Source: Actinomycetota bacterium
GTDB taxonomy: Bacteria > Actinomycetota > Acidimicrobiia > Acidimicrobiales > Ilumatobacteraceae
Reading direction: 5' to 3'
Assembly: GCA_041178585.1 (NCBI GenBank)
Contig: JBEGVD010000021.1
Location: 1-45,173, forward strand
DNA length: 45,173 nt
Shown here: piece after piece, positions 18,840 to 28,513 of the stretch
Position numbering within the stretch: the stretch's first letter is position 1
How the letters are laid out: every line of letters starts with the position of its first letter
Position numbers and translations under genes: made by a program
The notes under the pieces: generated by a model
The model's database searches: none
What the model saw: only the letters and a program-made list of their open reading frames with translations
What the model was told of the DNA's origin: nothing

Positions 18840-19571
18840 CCACCAATTTACGGCTTGAGCAAATGCCTCTGGTTGGTCGAGATGGGCATTATGCCCGGCC
18901 TTGTCAAGGATTCTCAGTGTTGATTGAGGAATGAGTTGATTCATCCGTTTCGCAATTTCTGAAAACTTCTCATCGCGTACACCACAAATCAGCAACACGG
19001 GAATGTTGATTTCCTGAAGTTGTACCCACAGTGATTCTTGTTGGCCCGTCCCACAGGTACGCAAAGAAGTGGCCAATGAGGTTGCTGTGTTTCTGTTTCG
19101 GTCTTGAATTTCTTCTTCACTGAATTTTGACTTCGCAAATAACGGCTGTCGTATCCACTCTTGTATGAACGCCGCAGCCCCAATTGACTCAATACGTGAG
19201 GCAAGTACTTCGTCGGCTTTCACACGTGCAGCCCGCTCAGAGTCGTCTTCTATTCCGGGTGTGCCACTGACGAGAACTAAACCTGTCATTGCATACGGAT
19301 GCTGAATTGCAGCATGCAGAGCCATGCGGGCTCCCATGCTGTAGCCAACGAGCACTTTGCCGAAAGCGATGTCTGCAATCTCATCGCCGGTTTCTTGAAG
19401 TGAAAGAGAAACATTCTGGGAATCGCCATGATTTGGGGCATCAATAAATGTGTTAGTCGAATCACCGATTGCTTGTGCTGCAGTTGCCCAAGATTTTCCA
19501 GTTTGTGAAAATCCATGAACGAAACAGATCTCCCGAGATCCATTTCCGCTGGTGACGGTATGCAAGCTCAT
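18828..19571 (-). CDS. menH: alpha/beta hydrolase, SHCHC synthase-like
   Basis: Nucleophile elbow GYSMGARMA. The QPLFA and GHNAH segments match E. coli MenH. Located in the men cluster. Confidence 0.75.
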   Translation of the reverse strand: MSLHTVTSGNGSREICFVHGFSQTGKSWATAAQAIGDSTNTFIDAPNHGDSQNVSLSLQETGDEIADIAFGKVLVGYSMGARMALHAAIQHPYAMTGLVLVSGTPGIEDDSERAARVKADEVLASRIESIGAAAFIQEWIRQPLFAKSKFSEEEIQDRNRNTATSLATSLRTCGTGQQESLWVQLQEINIPVLLICGVRDEKFSEIAKRMNQLIPQSTLRILDKAGHNAHLDQPEAFAQAVNWWLQS

Positions 19572-20218
19572 GCTTTTTCAAGCATCCGTTCAATAATGCG
19601 CTCAAACATCTCAACATCCTGCGCGCCAGGTACCGACCACTGACCATTGATGATGAACGTTGGAACCGCGGTAACTCCGTATTCAGAGGCTTCTGCAATC
19701 TCAGATCGAACTTCATCGACGAATTCATCACCCGACAGGAATGTGTGTGCTTCGGTGCGGTCGATACCCGCAGACTCTGCGCAGTCCGCGAGCACATCAA
19801 TGTCGCCGATGTTCTTGCCATCAGTGAAGTAGGCATCCATGATTCGTTCCTTGAGGGGAATCTGCACAACCGAACCATGCTGTTTCAGCGCATAACTCAG
19901 CAGTCGATGCGCAAGGAATGTGTTTGCTCGCACTGCAATGTCCATATTGAACGTGATGTTGTCTTGCGCTGCGACAGAGGTGACATGATCAAGAATCTCG
20001 GTAGCGCGCTCTGGGCCACCAAACTTCTTTGCATATGCGTCCTTTGCCGGAGTTGGCGAATCGGTTGGCGCGGTTGGGTCTAGTTGGAAGGGTCGGAACG
20101 AGTAATCCACCTGAACATCGACTCCACGGTCTCGCAGACGCGAAATAGCAGTCTCAAAACGCCGTTTTCCAATAAAACACCATGGACATATGACGTCGGA
20201 GAAGATTTCTATGCGCAT
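19568..20218 (-). CDS. DsbA/FrnE-like thioredoxin-fold protein (HCCA-isomerase-like), no signal peptide
   Basis: MRIEIFSDVICPWCFIG is the canonical family N-terminus with CPWC. ATGA junction with menH downstream. The listed 20260 start is less likely. Confidence 0.8.
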   Translation of the reverse strand: MRIEIFSDVICPWCFIGKRRFETAISRLRDRGVDVQVDYSFRPFQLDPTAPTDSPTPAKDAYAKKFGGPERATEILDHVTSVAAQDNITFNMDIAVRANTFLAHRLLSYALKQHGSVVQIPLKERIMDAYFTDGKNIGDIDVLADCAESAGIDRTEAHTFLSGDEFVDEVRSEIAEASEYGVTAVPTFIINGQWSVPGAQDVEMFERIIERMLEKA

Positions 20219-20237
20219 AGATGCCACGATAGAGGGA

Positions 20238-21941
20238 ATGGCCTCATCTCCTACAACCACTGCGACCTTTTGCGCAACGATCGTGGACGAGTGGGTGAGG
20301 CTTGGGGTTGCTCATGCCGTCGTATCTCCGGGTTCCCGCAGCACACCAATGGCGGTTGCGCTGTCGAGTAATCCGAAAATTTCACTCCACGTATTTCACG
20401 ATGAGCGTTCTGCTTCTTTTGCGGCTTTGGGCATTGGATTGCATTCGGGTGTTCCCGCCGTATTGCTGTGCACATCGGGAACAGCAGCGGCCCAGTTCTT
20501 TGCCGCTGTCATTGAGGCAAATCATGCGCATGTGCCGATGCTCGTGTGCACCGCTGATCGTCCACCAGAACTACAGGGCGTTGGCGCACCACAAACCATT
20601 AATCAAACAAACTTGTACGGAAACTTCGTACGCAAGTTCATGGACGTAGGCGTTGCGGACGATACAAAAGCATCTAAATGGAGAACTGTTGCTCGGGACG
20701 CATTCTCGGCAACGGTTGGAGTGAATCGCGGGCCGTGTCATGTGAACTTCCCGTTTCGCGAGCCGCTCGTAGGTGTCGCTGAGACGCTTCCTTCCATAGA
20801 TTCGCATTCGCCGGTTCGAATGAGTGCCGATGTGGCAACAGCATCAGAACGTAAAAAGCTGTCGCTCGCACTTCGCGCAGAACGCGGGCTGATTATTGCC
20901 GGAAATGGAATAGATCAGCCGCGCTTTATTCTGGATTTAGCGTCAAAGTTGAATTGGCCAGTAATTGCAGACCCACGAAGCAATTGTCGAGTTGCACCTG
21001 AAAGCAGCCATGGTGCAACGGTGGTGACCTGTGCCGATGTCATGATGAGGCACCAATCAACTGCCGAATCGCTTAAACCAACTGTGGTCATTCGCATTGG
21101 CGACCCACCTGTAAGCAAAGTGGTGAATCAATGGCTTACGCGATGCGGTGCCGAACAGATTGCTGTTACTCAGCAACCAGCCCTAATCGATCCAGACAAG
21201 ATCGTGACCACCCACATCGTGAGTTCATTCAACGAACTGTTCATGGAATTGTCGCGCGGCACACAAGAAAAGCCCGAATCAGAGTGGATAAGTGAGTGGA
21301 AAGAGTGTGAGCGCAATGCACGCACCTCCCTTGATGCGCAGTTCTCAGAGTCAAGTCAATTGACTGAACCGCTGTGTGCGGTAACGGTGAGCGAATCTTT
21401 GGAGTCGGGGTCGAATTTAGTGGTGTCGTCTTCCATGCCTATTCGCGATTTGGAATGGTTCGCGCCTGCTCGTGACGGCCTTCGCGTGTTCAGCAATCGC
21501 GGGGTAAATGGAATTGATGGTGTTGTATCAACTGCTGTGGGAGTTGCTTTGTCGTCCAAAGCGCAAACAGCGCTTCTGATTGGCGATATTGCGATGTTGC
21601 ACGACAGCAATGGGTTACTTAACTTAATTCGACGTGATGTTCAGATGAAGATCATCGTTGTCGACAATGAAGGCGGTGGAATTTTCTCCTTCCTTCCTCA
21701 GGCGGAATCGTTAGATGCAGGTCAGTTCGAACAACTTTTCGGCACACCGCATAGCGTTGATTTTGAGTCGCTGGCCAAGACCCATGGCATTCAATTTGCA
21801 TGGGCAACGACGACAGACGAGCTTCGACGTGCACTCGAGAATGGCGGTACTTCCATTATCGGTGTGCGTACTGATCGCAAACTCAATGTTGAACACCACA
21901 ATGCCCTCTACGCAGCGGTAGCCGAGGCTTTAACGAAATAG
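20238..21941 (+). CDS. menD: SEPHCHC synthase (ThDP-dependent)
   Basis: PGSRSTP and the ThDP motif GDIAMLHDSNGL...VVDNEGGGIF. Start is ATG 20238 (20211 is also possible). Confidence 0.9.
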   Translation: MASSPTTTATFCATIVDEWVRLGVAHAVVSPGSRSTPMAVALSSNPKISLHVFHDERSASFAALGIGLHSGVPAVLLCTSGTAAAQFFAAVIEANHAHVPMLVCTADRPPELQGVGAPQTINQTNLYGNFVRKFMDVGVADDTKASKWRTVARDAFSATVGVNRGPCHVNFPFREPLVGVAETLPSIDSHSPVRMSADVATASERKKLSLALRAERGLIIAGNGIDQPRFILDLASKLNWPVIADPRSNCRVAPESSHGATVVTCADVMMRHQSTAESLKPTVVIRIGDPPVSKVVNQWLTRCGAEQIAVTQQPALIDPDKIVTTHIVSSFNELFMELSRGTQEKPESEWISEWKECERNARTSLDAQFSESSQLTEPLCAVTVSESLESGSNLVVSSSMPIRDLEWFAPARDGLRVFSNRGVNGIDGVVSTAVGVALSSKAQTALLIGDIAMLHDSNGLLNLIRRDVQMKIIVVDNEGGGIFSFLPQAESLDAGQFEQLFGTPHSVDFESLAKTHGIQFAWATTTDELRRALENGGTSIIGVRTDRKLNVEHHNALYAAVAEALTK

Positions 21942-21945
21942 TGAT

Positions 21946-23139
21946 TTATGTTCGCATGATGGCTGCGAGCATGGCTTGCAGCTTGGCCTGAGTTTCAGCT
22001 AGTTCTTCTGCAGGATCGCTGTCTGCAACGATGCCTCCACCAGCAAACAGGCGTGCCTGTGTTCGTGCGTCATTGAATTGCGCGCAACGAATAGCCACAG
22101 CAAAAACACCATTTCCATGTCGATCGAACCAGCCGATCGCACCACCGTATTTATCGCGATTCATACCTTCATGTTGGGAAATAAGTTGAAGCGCTTGCTC
22201 GCGTGGAAATCCTCCAAGAGCTGGAGTGGGTGACAAGGCAAGTGCTGCATCAAGCACATGCATGCGGGGCTCGGAGAGTTTGCCGATGAGCTGTGTTCCG
22301 AGATGCTGAACGTTTGCAACTTGAATAACAGACGGTTCCTCTTCCCAATCCAGATACGAGCAATGGGGAAGCAGCGTGTCATGAACCATGTCAATCACCA
22401 CGCGGTGTTCAATTTGGTTCTTCGTGCTCGCAACCAATTGCTTCGCTAATGCCTCATCTTTCACTGGATCACCAGTTCTTGGTGCGGTGCCAGCAAGAGG
22501 GTGGCTGCTGATTTCATCGTCGTGAATAGCAACAAGGAGTTCTGGCGAGGCACCGACAAATCCATCGAATGAGTAGCGATAACTCGTGCCAAACGAAGCT
22601 CTTAGTCGAAGGAGTAATGCATGAATATCAACTGGAGCATCTGAATCAACAAACACGTCGCGTGCGATCACCGCTTTAGTGAGCTGCCCATTGCGAACTG
22701 CATCCCTGGCTGCCTCAACAGCCTTCAGATAAATGGGCACTGCGACACCGTCGCGAACGGTGAATTGTGCATTAACTGATGTCGGCGCGAGTTCAGGCAA
22801 ATCTGGGAATAGTGCGTCATCGATAGTCGTCACCCAGGTTTCACCTTCGCGGGTCTTGCACAGAGTCACTGTCGGAAGAATGAAATCAGCATCTCGTGTT
22901 GTGTCAAAGGGGATGGAGCCAAACATGATGGGCCCCACTCCAATCGGGAGGCCTGTTGGCGGGTGCTCCATTGCGTTTAATAGTTCGCGCGCCTCGTGGG
23001 CACCTAGGCGAGCGCTAACGCCAACCGCCGCAAAGCCGACACCTTCTCGAACAAAGAGGAAGCCACTCGCACCAGCGAAATCATTTAGGTCGATTTCACG
23101 ATCGGTGATGTGTGACAACGGAAATGACGTTGCATTCAT
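21946..23139 (-). CDS. menF: isochorismate synthase
   Basis: Chorismate-binding C-terminal motifs GGAIGW and AGGGIVADSDPAEE. Confidence 0.85.
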   Translation of the reverse strand: MNATSFPLSHITDREIDLNDFAGASGFLFVREGVGFAAVGVSARLGAHEARELLNAMEHPPTGLPIGVGPIMFGSIPFDTTRDADFILPTVTLCKTREGETWVTTIDDALFPDLPELAPTSVNAQFTVRDGVAVPIYLKAVEAARDAVRNGQLTKAVIARDVFVDSDAPVDIHALLLRLRASFGTSYRYSFDGFVGASPELLVAIHDDEISSHPLAGTAPRTGDPVKDEALAKQLVASTKNQIEHRVVIDMVHDTLLPHCSYLDWEEEPSVIQVANVQHLGTQLIGKLSEPRMHVLDAALALSPTPALGGFPREQALQLISQHEGMNRDKYGGAIGWFDRHGNGVFAVAIRCAQFNDARTQARLFAGGGIVADSDPAEELAETQAKLQAMLAAIMRT

Positions 23140-23147
23140 CGGGCTTG

Positions 23148-23861
23148 CTACTTCTTCGTTGCGTGCATCAATTGTGTAAGGCCACCGGAGAGTTGCTCGT
23201 GCCGCACATGCTCAAAACCAGCATTCTGGAGCATGGCTACCAGTTGCTCTGGTGACGGCAGGTACGCCACGCTTTTAGGTAAGTAATTGTAGGCAGCTCG
23301 ATTGGAAAGCAGCCCTCCGATACGCGGGACTACCTTTCCGAAGTACACGCTGTTAACCCAACGGATAAGCGGATTGGTTGGTGTGCTCACATCGAGTAGC
23401 GCAATTCGACCACCCGATTTCGTAACACGTGCAATTTCATGAAAGAACACATCGAGATCAACCAGGTTGCGCAAGGCGAAGCCGCAGGTCACTCCATCTA
23501 CAGATTGGGTTGCAATTGGCAACCGAAGAATGTCGGCTTGAACTCGTGGCGCTTTGCTGTGGTCTGCAGCAAGCATGCCGAACGACATGTCAAATGAAAG
23601 GGGTATGAGTCCAGCCTTGCGAAGGTCAACACAGAGATCGCCGGTTCCACTAGCGAGGTCGAGTACTCGAGCACCTTTTGTTAGCGCGAGCTTGCGCACT
23701 GCAATTTTGCGCCAGCGCGTATCGAGCCGAAAGGTCATGATGCGGTTCACCATGTCGTAGCGCGGAGCAATCGCATCAAACATGTTCTGAACGACTTTGG
23801 CCTTGGCATCTCCCTGAGGAAGTTCCTGTGTGTCCCAAGCCACTTTGTCAGATTTGCTCAC
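23148..23861 (-). CDS. ubiE: demethylmenaquinone methyltransferase
   Basis: YDMVNRIMTF and VLDLASGTGD, a typical UbiE/MenG layout. Confidence 0.9.
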   Translation of the reverse strand: MSKSDKVAWDTQELPQGDAKAKVVQNMFDAIAPRYDMVNRIMTFRLDTRWRKIAVRKLALTKGARVLDLASGTGDLCVDLRKAGLIPLSFDMSFGMLAADHSKAPRVQADILRLPIATQSVDGVTCGFALRNLVDLDVFFHEIARVTKSGGRIALLDVSTPTNPLIRWVNSVYFGKVVPRIGGLLSNRAAYNYLPKSVAYLPSPEQLVAMLQNAGFEHVRHEQLSGGLTQLMHATKK

Positions 23862-23940
23862 CTCGTCAGATTACGACACTCTCGGCAATACTTAATGGTT
23901 GACCTCACCACTTTGTGGGACGGGAAAGGTTTGGGGACCG

Positions 23941-25161
23941 ATGATTGACTTTACGTTTACGCCAGAGATTGAAGCAGTGCGCCTAAAAGTGCGTGCCTTC
24001 ATGGACGAACAAGTTCGCCCTCAGTGGGACGCGATTGATCAAAATGACCGTGCGCAAGTGGTGAAGGCCATTGTTGAATTGCGTAAATTGGCTCGCGAGG
24101 ACTGGAACCTGTGGCTTCCGCATATGCCTGCTGAATGGGGCGGCATGGGGCTTGGTCCTACCGCAATGGCAGCAGTGTCGGCTGAAGCAGCAAAGGTGAG
24201 CATTGGGCCATACGTGCTGAATGCGCAGGCACCCGATGAGGGCAACCAGCACACGCTGTTGCATTGGGGAACACCGGAACAAAAAGAAAAGTATCTGCGT
24301 CCGTTGTGTGAAGGTCGCATGCGCTCCTGCTTCGCCATGACCGAACCTGAAGTAGCAGGCAGCGATCCAACGCTCATAAAAACGTTCGCATATAAAGACG
24401 GCGATGAATGGGTGATCAACGGTCACAAATGGTTTATCTCTGGTGCGCGTGGTGCTCAGTTTGCTTTGCTAGTTGCGCGCACTGAAGAGGATCCAGATCT
24501 TCCGCAAGCAGCAAACTCGTGTTTCATCGTGGACATTCCGAGTGAAGGTTGGAATATTGTTCGAGACGTAGAGACGATGTCTGGCGGACACAACCATTGC
24601 GAGATCGAAATCAAAGATCTGCGAGTATCCAATGCAAATATGCTCGGCGGACGCGGGCAAGGACACTTGCTTGGTCAGTATCGACTTGGGCCAGCACGAC
24701 TTGCTCACTGCATGCGATGGATTGCTCAAGCAGAAACCGCGCTCGACATGATGGTGGCACGTGCTTTAGAGCGTTATTCACATGGATCGCTGCTTGCTGA
24801 AAAGCAGGGCATTCAATGGCTCATCGCCGATTCTGCGATGGAGATGTATCAAGGCAAACTCATGATCTTGCATGCTGCATACAAGATCGAACACGGCATG
24901 GACTTCACAAGTGAAGTGAGCATGACCAAGCATTTCGTTGCAAATAGTTTGTGGAGAATTATTGACCGTGCAATCCAGGTTCATGGTGCTCTTGGGTACA
25001 GCACCGATACACCTCTAGCGGGAATGCTGCAACAAGCAAGGTGGAGTCGATTTGCAGACGGCGCTGACGAGATCCATCAAATGCGCATTGCACAACGCAC
25101 CATCTCGGCGTACAAAGATTTTGGAACAACGAAGAAAGCAACAGGAGACCTTCCACTATGA
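23941..25161 (+). CDS. acyl-CoA dehydrogenase
   Basis: CFAMTEPEVAGSD, the C-terminal HGALGYS, and 3-domain ACAD length. ATG at 23941. Confidence 0.85.
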   Translation: MIDFTFTPEIEAVRLKVRAFMDEQVRPQWDAIDQNDRAQVVKAIVELRKLAREDWNLWLPHMPAEWGGMGLGPTAMAAVSAEAAKVSIGPYVLNAQAPDEGNQHTLLHWGTPEQKEKYLRPLCEGRMRSCFAMTEPEVAGSDPTLIKTFAYKDGDEWVINGHKWFISGARGAQFALLVARTEEDPDLPQAANSCFIVDIPSEGWNIVRDVETMSGGHNHCEIEIKDLRVSNANMLGGRGQGHLLGQYRLGPARLAHCMRWIAQAETALDMMVARALERYSHGSLLAEKQGIQWLIADSAMEMYQGKLMILHAAYKIEHGMDFTSEVSMTKHFVANSLWRIIDRAIQVHGALGYSTDTPLAGMLQQARWSRFADGADEIHQMRIAQRTISAYKDFGTTKKATGDLPL

Positions 25162-26123
25162 GCAAACAGGACATTACGTTTGGGGTATTCATGCCGCAGG
25201 GCTGGAAAATGGAACTGGTTGGCATTCCTAGTGCTGTAGATAAGTGGAATGCGGCGGTAGATATCGCAGTAACGGCTGAACAGCTCGGGTTTGACTCGAT
25301 TTGGGTGTACGACCACTTTCATAACGTTCCTCGACCCGCTCACGAAACGGTGTTCGAGTGTTGGACAGTCATGGCGGCAATCAGCCAGCTCACCAACCGC
25401 ATTCGTTTAGGCCAAATGGTTGGTTGCAACTTGTATCGACCCCCAGCACTCTTGGCAAAAATCACCAGCACGCTCGATGTGATTTCTGGAGGGCGACTGG
25501 ACTGGGGAATTGGTGCCGGTTGGTACGAGAACGAATGCCGTGGATACGGATATGAATTTCCTGTTCCAAAAGACCGCATCGCCATGCTTCGCGAATGTGT
25601 AGAAATCGTGAAGATGATGTGGTCGCAAGAAGAGACCACCTACGACGGCAAGTACTACCAACTCGTTCGCGCAAACTGCGATCCGAAACCACTGCAAGCC
25701 CCACGTCCTCCAATTTGGATCGGTGGTGGAGGAGAGCAACTCACACTGCGCGTAGTTGCTCAGCACGCTGACTACTCAAACTTTGGCGGTTCTGCAGAAG
25801 AGTTTTCACGCAAAGTCGGGATCTTGAAGGGCCATTGTGAAAAAGTTGGTCGCGACGAGTCCGAGATCAAGAAGACTACGTCAGGCGAAATTCTTATTCG
25901 CGATACCGAAAAGGAACTTCGCGAATATCAGATCGCCAGTGGCCGCGGAGACAACTTCGAACAGTGGAGCAGTGCGAACTTTGTAGGAACGCCTGATCAA
26001 GTTGCAGAACGCATTGCTGATTTCGTAGAACGCGGATGCAGCGGATTTGTGCCGTGGTGCGTTGACTACCCAGACAAGCAAACGCTTACTGAGTTTGCAA
26101 AAATTATGAAGACGTACCGCTAA
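25158..26123 (+). CDS. luciferase-like monooxygenase (LLM) class oxidoreductase, possibly F420-dependent
   Basis: FDSIWVYDHF, GIGAGW and TIM-barrel LLM length. ATGA junction with the ACAD gene. Confidence 0.8.
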   Translation: MSKQDITFGVFMPQGWKMELVGIPSAVDKWNAAVDIAVTAEQLGFDSIWVYDHFHNVPRPAHETVFECWTVMAAISQLTNRIRLGQMVGCNLYRPPALLAKITSTLDVISGGRLDWGIGAGWYENECRGYGYEFPVPKDRIAMLRECVEIVKMMWSQEETTYDGKYYQLVRANCDPKPLQAPRPPIWIGGGGEQLTLRVVAQHADYSNFGGSAEEFSRKVGILKGHCEKVGRDESEIKKTTSGEILIRDTEKELREYQIASGRGDNFEQWSSANFVGTPDQVAERIADFVERGCSGFVPWCVDYPDKQTLTEFAKIMKTYR

Positions 26124-26127
26124 CGAA

Positions 26128-26583
26128 TTAGTAGTAGTGACGGAAGATAATTTCTGCGACGCATGAAGGCTTAGTTGCGCCTTCGCATTCAAAGGTGGTT
26201 TCAAGTACTACTTGGGCTCCGCCTGCGATCTCGGTCGCTTCAAGCAGTTTGATTCCTGCGCGAACTTTTGCACCCACCGGCACTGGTGCCATGAAACGAA
26301 CTTTGTTTGTTCCGTAGTTCACGCCCATCTTGACGCCTTCTACTTTCCAGATCTGACCGATCAACACTGGTGCCAATGAAAGCGTGAGGTAACCGTGCGC
26401 GATGGTCTGTCCAAAAGGACCGGACTTTGCGCGCTCTGTGTCTAGGTGGATCCATTGGTGGTCGCCTGTGGCGTCTGCGAAGAGTTGTACTTGTTCCTGG
26501 GTGACAGTGATGTACTCGCTGTAACCGAGATGTTGGCCAACATGAGCCATGAGGTCTGCTTGATCTTTGATGATGGTTGCCAT
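26128..26583 (-). CDS. MaoC-family (R)-specific enoyl-CoA hydratase/dehydratase
   Basis: Hot-dog hydratase motif GDHQWIHLD...GQTIAHGY. The ATG at 26583 is preferred. Confidence 0.8.
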   Translation of the reverse strand: MATIIKDQADLMAHVGQHLGYSEYITVTQEQVQLFADATGDHQWIHLDTERAKSGPFGQTIAHGYLTLSLAPVLIGQIWKVEGVKMGVNYGTNKVRFMAPVPVGAKVRAGIKLLEATEIAGGAQVVLETTFECEGATKPSCVAEIIFRHYY

Positions 26584-26634
26584 GGCTTCAGTGTTGCAGA
26601 AAAAGCAGACCAAAAACGAACTTAAGAACTCGAG

Positions 26635-27033
26635 CTAGCGGAACCACACCTTTTGGTGGGAACGGCTTTGCGTGTGCAGGAGCAGCGCGATGAGTGCAAT
26701 GTCAAAAATCGCGCCAAGGAAAGACACACCAATGAGGCGCCGATAGACAATCAGGTTTGAGACAAACGGGGTAAAAGATGCAGCAACGGCAATCTTGTAG
26801 CCAATTTTGCGTTCGTTGGCCATCAGTAAGCCTCCGAGAACGTGTGCTGCGATAACGGCAAGTCCATACACGGGGCCAAAAGTGAAGAATCGACGGATGT
26901 ATCCCAGTTCCATTCGGCTATCTACGAAATTCGCAAAAGCGAAAAATCCATTGATGTACAACAACCACGTTGCGATTTGCAACGTCTGTGGTTGCATTCG
27001 GTCAAACCACTTCTTCCAATTGATGTTCTGCAC
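26635..27033 (-). CDS. hypothetical small integral membrane protein (about 4 TM)
   Basis: Hydrophobic segments only; no motif recognised. Confidence 0.5.
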   Translation of the reverse strand: MQNINWKKWFDRMQPQTLQIATWLLYINGFFAFANFVDSRMELGYIRRFFTFGPVYGLAVIAAHVLGGLLMANERKIGYKIAVAASFTPFVSNLIVYRRLIGVSFLGAIFDIALIALLLHTQSRSHQKVWFR

Positions 27034-27064
27034 CGTTTCATTCTTGCAGAACTAGCCTGTAGAT

Positions 27065-27904
27065 ATGCGCTCGGGCTTTGTTTCACTTGTTGGACGCCCA
27101 AATGTCGGTAAGTCAACTCTTGTTAATGCCTTGTGCGGAGTGAAGGTCAGCATTGTTTCTGATAAGCCGCAAACTACGCGCACTCGAATACGTGGAGTCG
27201 TGACTAAAGACGACTATCAAATCATCTTTGTAGATACACCGGGCTTACACAAGGCTGTAAGTGCATTAGGCGAGCGCGTTAACGCCACGGCTTTAGAGTC
27301 AACAAAGGATGTGGACGTCGTGTGTTTGGTTATTGATGCAACTCAACCATTTGGTTCCGGAGATCAGTGGGTGGCTAGTCACATCGACATGTCCAAGGCG
27401 ATCGTCATTTTGAACAAGATTGATAGAGCATCACCGCAACAAATTCTGAAGCAGTTGACGAAGCTCAGCGAACTTGGTGCATCTGAGTATTTTCCTGTGA
27501 GTGCGCAGACGGGTGCGGGCATTGCAGAGTTGGCGCATCATTTAGGAAAGATGCTTCCCGAAGGTGAGCAGTTATATCCAACCGAGATGACTACCGAGAC
27601 ATCTCCTGGTGAATGGGTCGCTGAACTTGTTCGTGAGCAATTACTTGCGATCACCTTTGATGAACTGCCATATTCCATTGCCACTCGCGTTACTGAGTGG
27701 GAAGATAATAAAGTGCGATGCGAAATTGTTGTAGAGCGCGATAGTCAAAAGGGAATGGTCATTGGTAAGGGCGGACTGCTACTAAAAGAAGTCGGAACTG
27801 CCGTTCGCAAGCAACTGCCAAAAGGCACATATCTCGAGCTTGCTGTTGTTGTTGATAAAAACTGGCAGCAGCGACCTGATCGCGTCGAGCGACTTGGCTA
27901 TTAG
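27065..27904 (+). CDS. era: GTPase Era
   Basis: G1 GRPNVGKST, G3 DTPG, G4 NKID and the C-terminal KH motif VIGKGG. Confidence 0.95.
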   Translation: MRSGFVSLVGRPNVGKSTLVNALCGVKVSIVSDKPQTTRTRIRGVVTKDDYQIIFVDTPGLHKAVSALGERVNATALESTKDVDVVCLVIDATQPFGSGDQWVASHIDMSKAIVILNKIDRASPQQILKQLTKLSELGASEYFPVSAQTGAGIAELAHHLGKMLPEGEQLYPTEMTTETSPGEWVAELVREQLLAITFDELPYSIATRVTEWEDNKVRCEIVVERDSQKGMVIGKGGLLLKEVGTAVRKQLPKGTYLELAVVVDKNWQQRPDRVERLGY

Positions 27905-28513
27905 TTATTTTGCAATCAGCATTTTGTAGTCGTCAAAGGTCACAGGTGTTCCTGCTCCAGCTATGTCTCCGCGACCGCGCGGTACGCCAATTGCGTTACC
28001 TCCCACGCTGAAGGTAACTTGCCCAATACCGGGCTGGCTAGTCAGCGTGAGCACAATTTGGGCAATCGCTAATCGTTGCTCGTTGGGTTTAATCGAATCT
28101 AGGTAAACGCGTTTTGCATTCACGTTCGCTACTCCGCCTTCAACTTCGACAACCGCAACAAAGTCGACCGGCAGAAGAGTTTTCACGTTGGTGTGGGCAG
28201 GATCGGGCAATCCTGCAACAAGCGCCACGAAAACGCCTTGCAAGTCTGTTGGGGAAGGAATTTCAAGTCGTACTCGCTCTAGCGAAGATCCATCAACAAA
28301 ATACAAATCAGCTTGTTCGAAAGTAGTTCCAGTCAATGGGGAAGTCAGAACCACTGACGTTGTTGTGGCAGGAGCTGATGTCTCTGGGGAATCGAGTTCA
28401 AAGGGAATGTCGTTCGAGTTGATCTCATCGACTTCTCCCGATTTTGGAACAGCGCACGAGGCAAGCACTATGCACAGCGCGGCAAATCGGTATGGAGTAG
28501 CACGGTTGATCAT
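27905..28513 (-). CDS. GerMN-domain lipoprotein (miniature LpqB-like)
   Basis: Lipobox LASC after a signal peptide and a GerMN-like core (DLYFVDGSSLERV). ATGA-coupled downstream of the histidine kinase. Confidence 0.65.
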   Translation of the reverse strand: MINRATPYRFAALCIVLASCAVPKSGEVDEINSNDIPFELDSPETSAPATTTSVVLTSPLTGTTFEQADLYFVDGSSLERVRLEIPSPTDLQGVFVALVAGLPDPAHTNVKTLLPVDFVAVVEVEGGVANVNAKRVYLDSIKPNEQRLAIAQIVLTLTSQPGIGQVTFSVGGNAIGVPRGRGDIAGAGTPVTFDDYKMLIAK

